DNA of 40,176 nt from a virus. Shown here piece by piece: positions 1-9,092 of this stretch (position 1 is the stretch's first letter; the number at the start of each line of letters is the position of its first letter). The notes under the pieces are model-generated. The model saw only the letters and a list, made by a program, of their open reading frames with translations. It was not told the origin of the DNA and did no database searches. The DNA is taken from positions 1 through 40,176 of the IMG/VR virus record IMGVR_UViG_3300028189_000548. The stretch is one strand, 5' to 3'. Position numbers and translations under genes: made by a program.

Positions 1-250
1 CTTTCCACCAAGTAACTGCACTATCTAAAAAATTAGTTTCAGGTGGAGTTTGAATATTCGTGTTAAGTTCTAATAACTTTAATGATCCACTTGAAGGGAC
101 CCAATCATATCCGGCAATTACTCCATAATTATCACCCTTTCCCGACCAATATTCAGGATTACTTCCTGTTAAAAAGGGAGCGGCAGCTTGCAAAGACTGA
201 GTTACAATAGAACTACTATAATTATTAAAACTAAAATAATTTAATTTCAT
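1..250 (-). CDS. Partial CDS running off the left edge; possible ATP-grasp-like protein
   Basis: Hand translation from ATG at 250 (ATGA overlap with the GNAT stop) gives MKLNYFSFNNYSSS...GVIAGYDWVPSSGSLKLLELNTN..., open to base 1. The G-x-D...LLE-x-N pattern resembles the ATP-grasp metal-binding motif. Not in the supplied ORF track. Confidence 0.5.
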   Translation of the reverse strand, partial: MKLNYFSFNNYSSSIVTQSLQAAAPFLTGSNPEYWSGKGDNYGVIAGYDWVPSSGSLKLLELNTNIQTPPETNFLDSAVTWWK

Positions 251-675
251 TTAATTTCTTCCCAATTACATTTTTTAAATACATTTATGCTTTTTATATT
301 CCACCCATCTACCATACTATAAATATCAATTTTCTTCTTATTTACCAAATTTGTAATTGAATATATTAATTGCTCTCCATATCCCGTATTTCTATAATCT
401 TTATGTACATATAAATTACAAAGTTCATTTTCTATGATATTAAACCAAACCCACCCCACGATTTTATTATTTATTTCTAAAATATTAAAATACCATCCAT
501 CTTTTAATCGTTGTTTTGCATCTTCCATCGACCACATATCTTCCCAATTCAATTCTACTTGAAATTCATCTATAGCCCATTTTAATTTTTCTTCATCTAA
601 GTCAAAAACTTGATTTATTTCTGGTATAATTTCAACTTCTTTATAATTTATTAAATCTGGTTTAAATTTAATCAT
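247..675 (-). CDS. GNAT-family N-acetyltransferase
   Basis: LCNLYVHKDYRNTGYGEQL is GNAT motif A (V-x-x-x-x-R-x-x-G-x-G); N-x-x-S-x-x-x-F-x-K-x-x-W motif B at the C-terminus. Confidence 0.8.
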   Translation of the reverse strand: MIKFKPDLINYKEVEIIPEINQVFDLDEEKLKWAIDEFQVELNWEDMWSMEDAKQRLKDGWYFNILEINNKIVGWVWFNIIENELCNLYVHKDYRNTGYGEQLIYSITNLVNKKKIDIYSMVDGWNIKSINVFKKCNWEEIK

Positions 676-1077
676 TTATTCATCAATATCCAATCCATTA
701 GGATACCACTGTAAAAGTTCTTCGTCCTTTTTTATATCTTTAGTGGATTGCAAAACAAAAATTTTATAATTAATATGTTTTTTAAATTTCCAATAAACAC
801 TTCTATCCTCTAATTTAATTGCACTATTATACAATGCTGCATATCCAAATACCACACAATGTTGCTCTTTCGGTTGACCACTTGGTAATTCTCCATCAAA
901 AAGAGAATAGATATATCTGTGAAAATTATCATCATCAAAATATTCTTCCAATTCACAATAATGACATTCTTCCAATAATTCTCCTTTTTTTATATCCTCT
1001 TTTGCAAAAACACCATATCCCTGTAGGGGAGATTTTCTAACTTCTAATTTCGGATTATGATAAAGTTTATCTTTCAT
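676..1077 (-). CDS. SET-domain protein (putative lysine methyltransferase)
   Basis: N-terminal S-P-L-Q-G-Y-G-V-F-A-K-E-D-I-K-K-G-E and C-terminal D-I-K-K-D-E-E-L-x-x-x-Y are SET signatures; YNSA replaces the usual NHS. Confidence 0.8.
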   Translation of the reverse strand: MKDKLYHNPKLEVRKSPLQGYGVFAKEDIKKGELLEECHYCELEEYFDDDNFHRYIYSLFDGELPSGQPKEQHCVVFGYAALYNSAIKLEDRSVYWKFKKHINYKIFVLQSTKDIKKDEELLQWYPNGLDIDE

Positions 1078-1096
1078 TTATCAAACTTCTTTGTCA

Positions 1097-1390
1097 TTAT
1101 CCCATCAAATCTGGTCGTGAAAGTGCATCTTTCTTTGGTTTATTTACTTCTTCTAAACCAAGTCCAGCTCCCTCTATAAACATCTTTGGAACTTTACCAC
1201 AATTACCACAACTATAAACTTGAACTGGTACAAGTGCTTCTTGTCCTGTGGGTGATAGGATTGCAGATATTCTCTTTATTATGTGTGAAGTAATAAATAG
1301 ATAATTTCCACAATCATCACATTTTATTGTGTCTGCCTTTGTTAAATCAACCTTTTGTTGAATCTGTTGTGGTGGTTTTCGTTTAGCCAT
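1097..1390 (-). CDS. Small zinc-ribbon hypothetical protein
   Basis: Two CxxCG pairs (CDDCG, CGNCG). Confidence 0.65.
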   Translation of the reverse strand: MAKRKPPQQIQQKVDLTKADTIKCDDCGNYLFITSHIIKRISAILSPTGQEALVPVQVYSCGNCGKVPKMFIEGAGLGLEEVNKPKKDALSRPDLMG

Positions 1391-2171
1391 TTTGTAACTC
1401 CTCTAATGTAACCATTTCAACTCCGTGTTTCTGAACTACACGAGTTGTACATTTCTGTGCAAATTGTATTGCACTTTCTATGTTATTTGTTTCTAAATAT
1501 TCCTTAACAAGTCCAGCTATAAATGTATCACCTGCCCCACTAACATCTTTAACTGGAACTTCTTCTACTGAAAATACTTTATCTTTATATCTACATCCAT
1601 TACCTCCAAGTGTAACTATAAGTTTATCATCAAATCCTTCTTCAGATAGTAGTTCGTGATTTTTCTGATATTCTAACTCGTTTATTTTTATGAAATCTGC
1701 ACACTGTATCCACTTACCAAGTTTTTTCTTTGTATCTACAAATACATTATTATTATTTTCACAAATGAATTGTATATCTTCTTCTTCTAAAAATCCCTTA
1801 CAGTAATCTGAAATAATGATTGCGTCAAGCTTGGTTTTGTGTCCAAATATTGGAGTAAATGAATTATCTACTATGCCACTTAGTATTTTCTTATCTATTC
1901 TATCACAATAATCATGTTCATCAACTCGTAATACCATTTGATTTGACCGACTATCCACGTAACGCTTCTTCACAATACTAGTTTCATTTGTAAGTGAATA
2001 TACAGTCATTTCTAATGATTCAACATTATTCACCACATTTTTAGACATTCCTTCATTTGATTCTGTATGTGTTGGAACAAATATTGGAACTGGGGCCTCT
2101 GGACTTATTCTATGTATATCACCGTATATAAACACATCTAAGCATTTATCTCCAATGACTAAAACATTCAT
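1383..2171 (-). CDS. rfaE: PfkB-family sugar kinase, RfaE/HldE domain I-like (heptose-7-phosphate kinase)
   Basis: VIGD...LD...YG...RISPEAPVP, SDYxKG and DVSGAGDTF (PfkB anion-hole motif). Confidence 0.85.
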   Translation of the reverse strand: MNVLVIGDKCLDVFIYGDIHRISPEAPVPIFVPTHTESNEGMSKNVVNNVESLEMTVYSLTNETSIVKKRYVDSRSNQMVLRVDEHDYCDRIDKKILSGIVDNSFTPIFGHKTKLDAIIISDYCKGFLEEEDIQFICENNNNVFVDTKKKLGKWIQCADFIKINELEYQKNHELLSEEGFDDKLIVTLGGNGCRYKDKVFSVEEVPVKDVSGAGDTFIAGLVKEYLETNNIESAIQFAQKCTTRVVQKHGVEMVTLEELQNG

Positions 2172-2172
2172 A

Positions 2173-2382
2173 TTATTCTATCACATCCATTATTCTGGAT
2201 TCTTTTGCTGATTTTACTTCAAATGAAAATGGTGAATCTTTTAACCACTCATGTGCTTTGGTTTCTGCGATACTTACTGAATCACATTCTACCAAATAAT
2301 TCCTACGGACTTTCTTTTCTTTTGATCCGTTTTTTGTTTGTATTTCTTCTATAAAAACTACCTGTACTTCGTAATAACTCAT
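2173..2382 (-). CDS. Small hypothetical protein (DUF4494-like appearance)
   Basis: 69-aa ORF with SD; K-K-V-x-x-x-Y-L-V-x-x-x-S-x-x-x-A-E pattern recalled from DUF4494 proteins. Confidence 0.5.
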   Translation of the reverse strand: MSYYEVQVVFIEEIQTKNGSKEKKVRRNYLVECDSVSIAETKAHEWLKDSPFSFEVKSAKESRIMDVIE

Positions 2383-2397
2383 TTTTGTAACTCCTGT

Positions 2398-3126
2398 TTA
2401 TTTTATTATATTTAATATATTAATCATTGTTGCCATAAAATTTATTTCTCTATCCACGATGTTTTTTTCTCTAAACTGACCTTCAGCCAGTTCTAATATA
2501 CATTCCGCGACATGACCACTCGCCCATGAATCCAGTTCATCAAATAGTAATCTGAACATATCAGCAAATTCTGTAACTTGGGTGTCTGCTAATAATTGTC
2601 GTATATTCTTAAATGCGCTCTTCTTATCTTGTGACTTTAGTATTTCTAATAATTTTAATTTGTAATCATTTTCAACCATACTACGTTTATCAACAGTCAA
2701 TTTACCATTTATAGATTGCTGTTGGACTGAATTGATTATTCGTCTAATGTCTGGATACCCACTATTAACGTTCAATACTATGTCCTCTACGTTGTATTCT
2801 ATTTCTTCCTTATCCAATATACCCTTTATATGTACTGCAATTTCTTTTTTGGATGGTGGAATTATCTGAAATGTTTGACATCTACTTTGGATTGGATCAA
2901 TTATTCGTTCTACATAATTACAGGTTAGAATAAACCGAGAATGTTTACTGAACGTTTCCATTAGATTTCGTAGTGCTGCTTGACCTTGTGGGGTGACGAA
3001 ATCACAATTATGTGTAAGTGTTTCTGTTTTACCTATTACGAAATTATGATTACCGTCAACTGACAAGTCATACACGTGCTGGGTGTCTTTTAATTTTTTT
3101 ATAGATTTAATCTTTATCTTGTTCAC
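2398..3126 (-). CDS. Clamp loader (RFC small subunit/gp44-like) C-fragment with 40-aa split-intein IntC (3007-3126)
   Basis: Starts MNKIKIKSIKKL...VYDLSVDGNHNF...THN (blocks F/G), then Cys+1 in CDFVTPQGQAALR; contains FILTCNY and the SRC motif of RFC-type clamp loaders. Confidence 0.92.
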   Translation of the reverse strand: MNKIKIKSIKKLKDTQHVYDLSVDGNHNFVIGKTETLTHNCDFVTPQGQAALRNLMETFSKHSRFILTCNYVERIIDPIQSRCQTFQIIPPSKKEIAVHIKGILDKEEIEYNVEDIVLNVNSGYPDIRRIINSVQQQSINGKLTVDKRSMVENDYKLKLLEILKSQDKKSAFKNIRQLLADTQVTEFADMFRLLFDELDSWASGHVAECILELAEGQFREKNIVDREINFMATMINILNIIK

Positions 3127-4000
3127 TATAACCTATTCCCACATACATTTTATTTAATTGTATTTTGTTATTATCAATAAATATTTCTGAATTTATATAA
3201 TCCATAATATTATTTTCATTTATCCACTTGAATTTATATCCACTCACATCACAATGTTTTATTAAGCTGTCTATTTTTTTTGTTTGTTTTAAGAAAAAAC
3301 TTCTTGGTTTTATTTCATACAATATCTTTGTATCTTTATCGTAAAAATCACCCATATAAACTCTACCATTATCCGTTTTTTTAGTTCTACATTCCTTACT
3401 TTCATATTCTAAATGTTGATTACTATACCAAAAACAAGCTTCCCACGAACTCCTAAACTTTTTAACTTTACCATTAACTTCTATTATAGCATCCCAATGT
3501 GTAAATGTATTTGTTATTGGTGGTGTAAATTCACCATTGGAAATCTTTTCTCTCATCAACTTTGAGTTTAATTTTGCATTTCTTTTTATATTAGCCTTAC
3601 CCTTTTCAGTCTGGTTAAACTCTTTCATCTTTTTAGAATTGTGTTTTCCAAGTTGTGTATAAAATTGTTTAGCTTCATCCGATTGTAACCATTTTTTCTT
3701 TGTATGTTGTATCTTTTTAGCAATTTTTATATTATCTCGTTTTCGCATCCATACTCTATTACCGACACACTGATTACAATATTTTCCATTATTTTTTGTA
3801 TGAAATCTAGAATCACAATGTTCACATTCTTTCAACCTACCTATTTTTTTACATTCATAACATAACAATTGATTCGACGCTTTAGCTACATAATCTTTAC
3901 CACAACTGTCACAAATCTTATCATAATAATGAACTCCACCAAGGCCATTTCTATTTGCGGCATCTCTTAACTTTTGCCTTGTAGATTTTTTTATACTCAT
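3107..4000 (-). CDS. Free-standing putative homing endonuclease (CxxC zinc fingers plus PD-(D/E)xK/TnsA-like nuclease domain)
   Basis: Lies between the two clamp-loader halves; four CxxC motifs; C-terminal RSSWE...DFY...YEIKP; own SD (GGAG). Confidence 0.75.
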   Translation of the reverse strand: MSIKKSTRQKLRDAANRNGLGGVHYYDKICDSCGKDYVAKASNQLLCYECKKIGRLKECEHCDSRFHTKNNGKYCNQCVGNRVWMRKRDNIKIAKKIQHTKKKWLQSDEAKQFYTQLGKHNSKKMKEFNQTEKGKANIKRNAKLNSKLMREKISNGEFTPPITNTFTHWDAIIEVNGKVKKFRSSWEACFWYSNQHLEYESKECRTKKTDNGRVYMGDFYDKDTKILYEIKPRSFFLKQTKKIDSLIKHCDVSGYKFKWINENNIMDYINSEIFIDNNKIQLNKMYVGIGYSEQDKD

Positions 4001-4021
4001 TTAACATCTCCATTGTTCATA

Positions 4022-4029
4022 TATAAATA
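4022..4029 (-). promoter_or_regulatory. TATTTATA box (candidate phage promoter) upstream of the clamp-loader endonuclease
   Basis: Same coding-strand motif at 8254-8261 and 15831-15838 and a variant at 21472-21479, each shortly upstream of a start codon. Confidence 0.4.
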
Positions 4030-4064
4030 TAACCAACTTGTGTTTTTCGAGTAAAAAAATCTAA

Positions 4065-4697
4065 CTATGGTGATAAAATATGATTATAGTTATCCAACTG
4101 ATTTGTTTTAACTACAATTGGATTACCATTTTTATCTTCGACGTACCATTTATGATCTTCAGTGCAAACAACTACTTCACCATTTTCAAGTTCAATCTCA
4201 TACACCTCTTGTTCACCCTTATCCCACAAGTGGAATGGTCTCCACTGCCATTCTTCTTTTTCAACATTCCAAGATTTAACTAAATCATTGTTTTCATCAA
4301 CATCTTTTATCGGAACTTGAATCTGTTCCCCATTCGATAATACAGTAACTAATGTATTTTCATCCAAACACTCATCAAGTACGACCACCTTTAAATCTTT
4401 AAATCCAATAGTTGATACGAATCCTTTTATTTTATTTCTAACAGAATCTACACTATTTTCATCACTCGCATTTATGTAAATATAGTCACATTCAATACTA
4501 TTTGAGAGTATTTTTGCGAGAGTTGTCTTACCGGTTCCAGCTGGACCAAATAATAGTAAGTGTGGGATGTCTCCACTTTCCAAATAAACCCTTACCTTTT
4601 CCTTTAGGTGGTCGTTTCCTATGTAAGTGTCTAATGATGTTGGCCTGTATTTCTCAACAAAAAGAGTATGTTCAGAATTTTGTTTGTTTTGTAACAT
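4065..4697 (-). CDS. Clamp loader N-fragment with 101-aa split-intein IntN (4065-4370)
   Basis: LFVEKYRP, Walker A GPAGTGKTT, INASDE, Walker B VVVLDE followed by CLDENTLV (block A) and CTEDHKW (block B TxxH). Confidence 0.92.
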   Translation of the reverse strand: MLQNKQNSEHTLFVEKYRPTSLDTYIGNDHLKEKVRVYLESGDIPHLLLFGPAGTGKTTLAKILSNSIECDYIYINASDENSVDSVRNKIKGFVSTIGFKDLKVVVLDECLDENTLVTVLSNGEQIQVPIKDVDENNDLVKSWNVEKEEWQWRPFHLWDKGEQEVYEIELENGEVVVCTEDHKWYVEDKNGNPIVVKTNQLDNYNHILSP

Positions 4698-4745
4698 TTA
4701 ATTTCTTCCAAGTTTTATAATTTTTATTTTCACATCTATTTCCAT
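4698..4745 (-). other. 15-codon leader ORF abutting the clamp-loader start (TAA-ATG)
   Basis: ATG at 4745 with AGAGAG upstream; MEIDVKIKIIKLGRN-TAA is immediately followed by the ATG at 4697. Confidence 0.3.
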
Positions 4746-4792
4746 GTTATCTCTCTATAATAAGTATTATTCATAACATTTTTACAAATAAA

Positions 4793-6022
4793 TTAAATTA
4801 ATTTACGAAATACCCACGTTGGCTCTCCAAAACTTTTATCATCTTTGTTTTCAAGGGATTTTTCTGTCCATTTACTATCTTCGTAGCCTTTTGCCGTTCC
4901 AGCTCCACCAGAATTTGGTCTTTTTGCTAACTGGTAACCTATACACCCCATATATTCACTACCTTCTATTTCAGATAAATAATCGTTCATCGGGTTGCAG
5001 ATTTCTAACCAACCCTTTTTTGTGACCCCCTTTGTACCTGAATACACATCTGATATATTCACTAATAGATGACCTCCTGGTTTAATACTTGGCCAAATTT
5101 TACCGAGGGTGGCCTGTAGGAAATCTCTATTCCAACCTTCTATGTCTTTGTATCTGACCCAACTTTGAGTGTCATCGTAACTGTATCTCTCTACTGAAAA
5201 ATACGGTGGTGAAGTGAATACCACATCGAAATAGTCATTGAACTGAGTGAAGTCAAAATCTTCTGCTGGTGAGCAATGGAATTCTGACTTTCTCTCGTGT
5301 TCAAAATATCCTAAATGTTTTTCGTAGAACTCTGCCTGTTCTTTGTATATAGGATGGTTCTCTTTTCGTGGGTCTAAACCTACATAATGTTTTCCATAGT
5401 CACTGGCGTAAAATCCTGCCAATCTATCACCCCAACCAGCACTGAAATCAAGGATGGTTTCTGCCTTAAACATATCGTAGATTGCTTTTGCCACATTTGG
5501 TTTAAACTGGGAACAGATATATTTTCGTAGAGCTAACATTACTCGTAACGTTGACTTGTCCATCTTTGGAACTTTGAGTGAGTATGCACTTCCCATTAAT
5601 GAAGTCATAAACTTTTTACTTTCCCAAGTTCGTTTTGGACCTGGTGATACTGAACCATCTACTGACCATCTGTTTTCAATCTGGAAATAATTACTACAAC
5701 TATTTCCTACATTTAGTCGTCTAAACATTAACTGCTTTCCATCGTAGTTTAGATTATAACTATACTTGGTGCCCTCTCTTGCATACCACTCACCCTCTAC
5801 CATTATTTCATTCCACTTCATACCTTTTAGTTTTTGGAAATCTCTATATGCTCTCTTTTCGGTTAAATCAGGATATGGAAGTGGATATGTCATTGCTACC
5901 GTGGCAAGACTTTCTTTTACATCTTGTTTTTCAAATGTTTCTTTTATGTATTCCCAATCTTTCTCGTCTATTTTGAGATAGGGCTCCATATTGTAAAATT
6001 TGTCAAAGTAATCTATATACAT
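4793..6022 (-). CDS. SAM-dependent DNA amino-methyltransferase
   Basis: ILDFSAGWGDRL (motif I variant) and VFTSPPYF (motif IV, SPPY). Confidence 0.8.
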   Translation of the reverse strand: MYIDYFDKFYNMEPYLKIDEKDWEYIKETFEKQDVKESLATVAMTYPLPYPDLTEKRAYRDFQKLKGMKWNEIMVEGEWYAREGTKYSYNLNYDGKQLMFRRLNVGNSCSNYFQIENRWSVDGSVSPGPKRTWESKKFMTSLMGSAYSLKVPKMDKSTLRVMLALRKYICSQFKPNVAKAIYDMFKAETILDFSAGWGDRLAGFYASDYGKHYVGLDPRKENHPIYKEQAEFYEKHLGYFEHERKSEFHCSPAEDFDFTQFNDYFDVVFTSPPYFSVERYSYDDTQSWVRYKDIEGWNRDFLQATLGKIWPSIKPGGHLLVNISDVYSGTKGVTKKGWLEICNPMNDYLSEIEGSEYMGCIGYQLAKRPNSGGAGTAKGYEDSKWTEKSLENKDDKSFGEPTWVFRKLI

Positions 6023-6576
6023 TAAAAGAACTCGTGTTTAATTGTTTGTTTCATTTCATTTTTTATTCTATTGTAATATTCTTGACCATATCGTTGAATG
6101 ATGGAATCTTTAGATTGTAACCAAATCTGATGAACCACGTTGTCTATTTCGTCATCGAGTATTAATTCTTCTCGTTTGTTGTGTTTTCTCACTTTTGGTT
6201 TTAGTTTATAATGATACTTTCCTTCCACTATCTTATCCAATTCATAATGTTGTGATTTAGGACAATGTAAGTATCCCCAATTATTCATCACTAATCTATT
6301 AGACTTGTTTTCTACTAATGGATACAACTTACAAAATACTGGTCTGTCATCTCCTAAACTACAACCTGTATTGTCATCTTCCAATAACTTACAACAACCG
6401 TCTTGCTTCCATTCCAATTCAAGGTCTAATCCATATTTTTTTTGATAGAATTCTTGTTCATCTTCCGAAATTTCAACATGAAACGTTGGATGATTACAGC
6501 AGCCGAAGTTGCATAGCCCGCACATTATTTTCTTTTCTAGCCAGGATTTAGAAAAAGTTGTGCTTAACTTGCTCAT
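6022..6576 (-). CDS. YkgJ-like cysteine-cluster (Fe-S/zinc) protein
   Basis: C-x2-C-x3-CC...CC-x-L...C...RP-x-x-C-x-L-Y-P pattern. Confidence 0.75.
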   Translation of the reverse strand: MSKLSTTFSKSWLEKKIMCGLCNFGCCNHPTFHVEISEDEQEFYQKKYGLDLELEWKQDGCCKLLEDDNTGCSLGDDRPVFCKLYPLVENKSNRLVMNNWGYLHCPKSQHYELDKIVEGKYHYKLKPKVRKHNKREELILDDEIDNVVHQIWLQSKDSIIQRYGQEYYNRIKNEMKQTIKHEFF

Positions 6577-7522
6577 GTTTCCTTCTTAATTCTCTATCTA
6601 TAATCATTTCGTATTCTGATTTATGCCATTTGATTGGTTCGATATAACTCAAATCATATTCCTTAATCCCAACATCCCAAAATAACACATTTTCAGATGG
6701 TTCTATGTTCTTAACCATCCAATCCCATGCCTTTGCTTCGTATGTTTGATCAAGTGGTAATGACTCATCAAGTTTTAGTTTATGTTGGTATGGATAATCT
6801 GACTGAACAACTTTAAAATCTCCGTCAAATTTGTGACGATCATTGAGACGATCATACCACATTTTCTTGTTTTTATACACATAACCACTTAATGCTACAG
6901 GATATATCGTTTTAATATTCTTATTATACAACTTACAACCCATAGCTACACCCAACATAGACAAACCACTCCCAGCGATCCCCACCACAGTCTCTACGTG
7001 ATCCGGAACATTTTTGACTTGTTGGGCAATAGTTTTCATTACTTGTCGTCCATTCATACCAAATTTTATCTGAAAATAACCCGTTTCACCTACTAATTTC
7101 TTGGCATCAAGTTCTGGACCCGATATATTCGGATTACCTACTCCATATACCTTGGCACCAAACTTCTGTGCCAATGACACATTCACTCTGTAACTATCTT
7201 TAATGTGGTCGGGATAATGTAGTAATGTAACCAAACATTTTAGACCAAAATACTTAGCAACTGCGGATGTGATACAACTCTGAGGCGACGGTATACCGGC
7301 AGCCGTTAATATCCCACCATTACACTCATTGAGTATATGGTCTAAATTATCGTAGACAAGTTTAGAACATTGGCGGACTTTTCCACCTGAAACGCCTGCA
7401 AGGTTGAATTTATCGTCACGCTTGACCAAATAACCTTTATGTTCTTCAATCGGTGTTAATTCATTTGTCCAAGATTGAAAATGTTCTTCACTAAAAGTTG
7501 GGAAATTATCAAAGTCTATCAT
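6548..7522 (-). CDS. PLP-dependent fold-type II enzyme (ACC deaminase/D-cysteine desulfhydrase-like)
   Basis: VKRDD...SGGKVRQ (PLP lysine), GIAGSGLS phosphate-binding loop, LDQTYEAK (LDxxYxxK). Confidence 0.8.
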   Translation of the reverse strand: MIDFDNFPTFSEEHFQSWTNELTPIEEHKGYLVKRDDKFNLAGVSGGKVRQCSKLVYDNLDHILNECNGGILTAAGIPSPQSCITSAVAKYFGLKCLVTLLHYPDHIKDSYRVNVSLAQKFGAKVYGVGNPNISGPELDAKKLVGETGYFQIKFGMNGRQVMKTIAQQVKNVPDHVETVVGIAGSGLSMLGVAMGCKLYNKNIKTIYPVALSGYVYKNKKMWYDRLNDRHKFDGDFKVVQSDYPYQHKLKLDESLPLDQTYEAKAWDWMVKNIEPSENVLFWDVGIKEYDLSYIEPIKWHKSEYEMIIDRELRRKHEQVKHNFF

Positions 7523-8129
7523 TCATCACCCTGTAACCTTCTTTTTGTAAATAACTTATTGCCCAATCTGTTAGGTCATTTTTTCTTACGCCGTGGGGAT
7601 GAGAACCAGTCCAAAGTTCCAAGTTCTCAATTCTATTATCATCTCGTATTCCGTTTTTATGATGAACTGTTTCCTTGGATGTGAGAGTCCTACCAATATG
7701 TGCTTCCATAACCAAACGATGCTCCAAGACTCGTCTATCTTTTGATTTAGGATGGTCAGGTGCAAATTTCAAAACATATCCTTCTCTTGTGTAAGTTCTA
7801 TGACCACCAAAAAGTGGATGATTTTCAGTTCCAGCTGTTTCAGGGATTGACTTTCCCATTAGACAGCCACAACTTTTAGATTGATATTTACCAATTAATT
7901 GCCAGTTAGGCCTCAAGGCATACATACCACAATCACATTTACAAACCCACCACCATCGTTGAGATTTTTCTACTCTCGTAGAATATAAAACTTTAAGATG
8001 GTGAATTCTTTTACCTGTAAAGTCTTTGGTTCTTGGATCTAAACCATCTAACGGAATATGTTCCCAAATTGGTTTTTCATTTCTCCTACTATGATTAAGC
8101 CCTCGTTGTAGTGTCTTTTTTACCTTCAT
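7509..8129 (-). CDS. HNH homing endonuclease
   Basis: EHRLVME...VHHKNGIRDDNRIENLELW HNH motif; N-terminal W-x-C-x-C-D-C-G...SCGC module typical of phage HNH HEGs. Confidence 0.88.
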   Translation of the reverse strand: MKVKKTLQRGLNHSRRNEKPIWEHIPLDGLDPRTKDFTGKRIHHLKVLYSTRVEKSQRWWWVCKCDCGMYALRPNWQLIGKYQSKSCGCLMGKSIPETAGTENHPLFGGHRTYTREGYVLKFAPDHPKSKDRRVLEHRLVMEAHIGRTLTSKETVHHKNGIRDDNRIENLELWTGSHPHGVRKNDLTDWAISYLQKEGYRVMNDRL

Positions 8130-8250
8130 AATATTTCTCCATCTTCTTGGATATTATTTCTTCACGATGTTTAGCATAGTAACGCCTTTGACGAATACGA
8201 TTTTGTTCTCGTATTTCATCGGGCGTTCTATTTAATTTCTTTCTTCCCAT
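8095..8250 (-). CDS. Small basic protein (51 aa), paralog of 21520-21702
   Basis: Hand translation gives MGRKKLNRTPDEIREQNRIRQRRYYAKHREEIISKKMEKYYEGKKDTTTRA; below the ORF-track cutoff. Confidence 0.65.
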   Translation of the reverse strand: MGRKKLNRTPDEIREQNRIRQRRYYAKHREEIISKKMEKYYEGKKDTTTRA

Positions 8251-8263
8251 ATCTATAAATAGT

Positions 8264-8290
8264 TCGTTAGGAAAAAAATCGTTAGGAAAA
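8264..8290. repeat. 12-bp direct repeat x2 (TCGTTAGGAAAA)
   Basis: Copies at 8264-8275 and 8279-8290, just upstream of the TATTTATA box preceding the small basic ORF/HNH. Confidence 0.6.
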
Positions 8291-8310
8291 TTGGAAATAA
8301 TTAAAAAATA

Positions 8311-9030
8311 TCAAGAAGCGTCTGTGACAGCCACCAAATAATACGTCACATCGTAATCATCTACCTTAAAGTTAATTCTGGACAACCCATCTGAACTTAC
8401 TTCAAGTGTTGCACTTTCACATTCCTTGTTTGCCGTCAATACATCCTTAAATAGGTTAGCATTAAAAGATACTTTATCAATATCTTCATAGACTTCAGTT
8501 TCTACTGGAAGTGTAACTCTGTTCGTATTAATTGACGAGTAACCAATAACCAATTTAGCTTCATCATTTTCAGTAATTACAGTAAATGTATCTGTATCTG
8601 GTAATGCTGCTTTTGCACTGATGAACCTAACGATGAAGTTGGTATCAACTTTAATCTTCAACTGAAACTCTGGAAGTTTCTTTAGTGGTGGTGGTTGATT
8701 GATAACCGATTTATCCGATAACATGAAATTAACTTTAGAGTGTTTATCTGACACCTCTAATGCAATTGCCTTGTCACCAGCTTGAGTTAGATTGAGTGTT
8801 ACATCATCATCTAAAACTCCTAACAATTTACTAAACTGTTCTGTATCATATACACCTAACTCGGCATCTTGGAAGGACCAATTAGTCATTGATAATTCAC
8901 CGAGAAGTGCTTTATCTCCTGTGATAAAACGGGTACTCAATGTATCATCTTTACTGTTTATAACTACCGCATTTACATTGCCACCTAAATGGTATTTGGC
9001 AATAAAGCGGGTTAATTTATGTTTGTTCAT
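8311..9030 (-). CDS. Sliding clamp (gp45/PCNA-like processivity factor)
   Basis: 239 aa, two-domain size, E-L-G-V-Y-D...F-x-x-L-L pattern and terminal YYLVA strand; lies directly downstream of PolB and near the clamp loader. Confidence 0.78.
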   Translation of the reverse strand: MNKHKLTRFIAKYHLGGNVNAVVINSKDDTLSTRFITGDKALLGELSMTNWSFQDAELGVYDTEQFSKLLGVLDDDVTLNLTQAGDKAIALEVSDKHSKVNFMLSDKSVINQPPPLKKLPEFQLKIKVDTNFIVRFISAKAALPDTDTFTVITENDEAKLVIGYSSINTNRVTLPVETEVYEDIDKVSFNANLFKDVLTANKECESATLEVSSDGLSRINFKVDDYDVTYYLVAVTDAS

Positions 9031-9092
9031 TTGTTACTCTCCTGTTATTTGTTCTGACGTATATACATATATATCAGATTGATTATTCAAAA

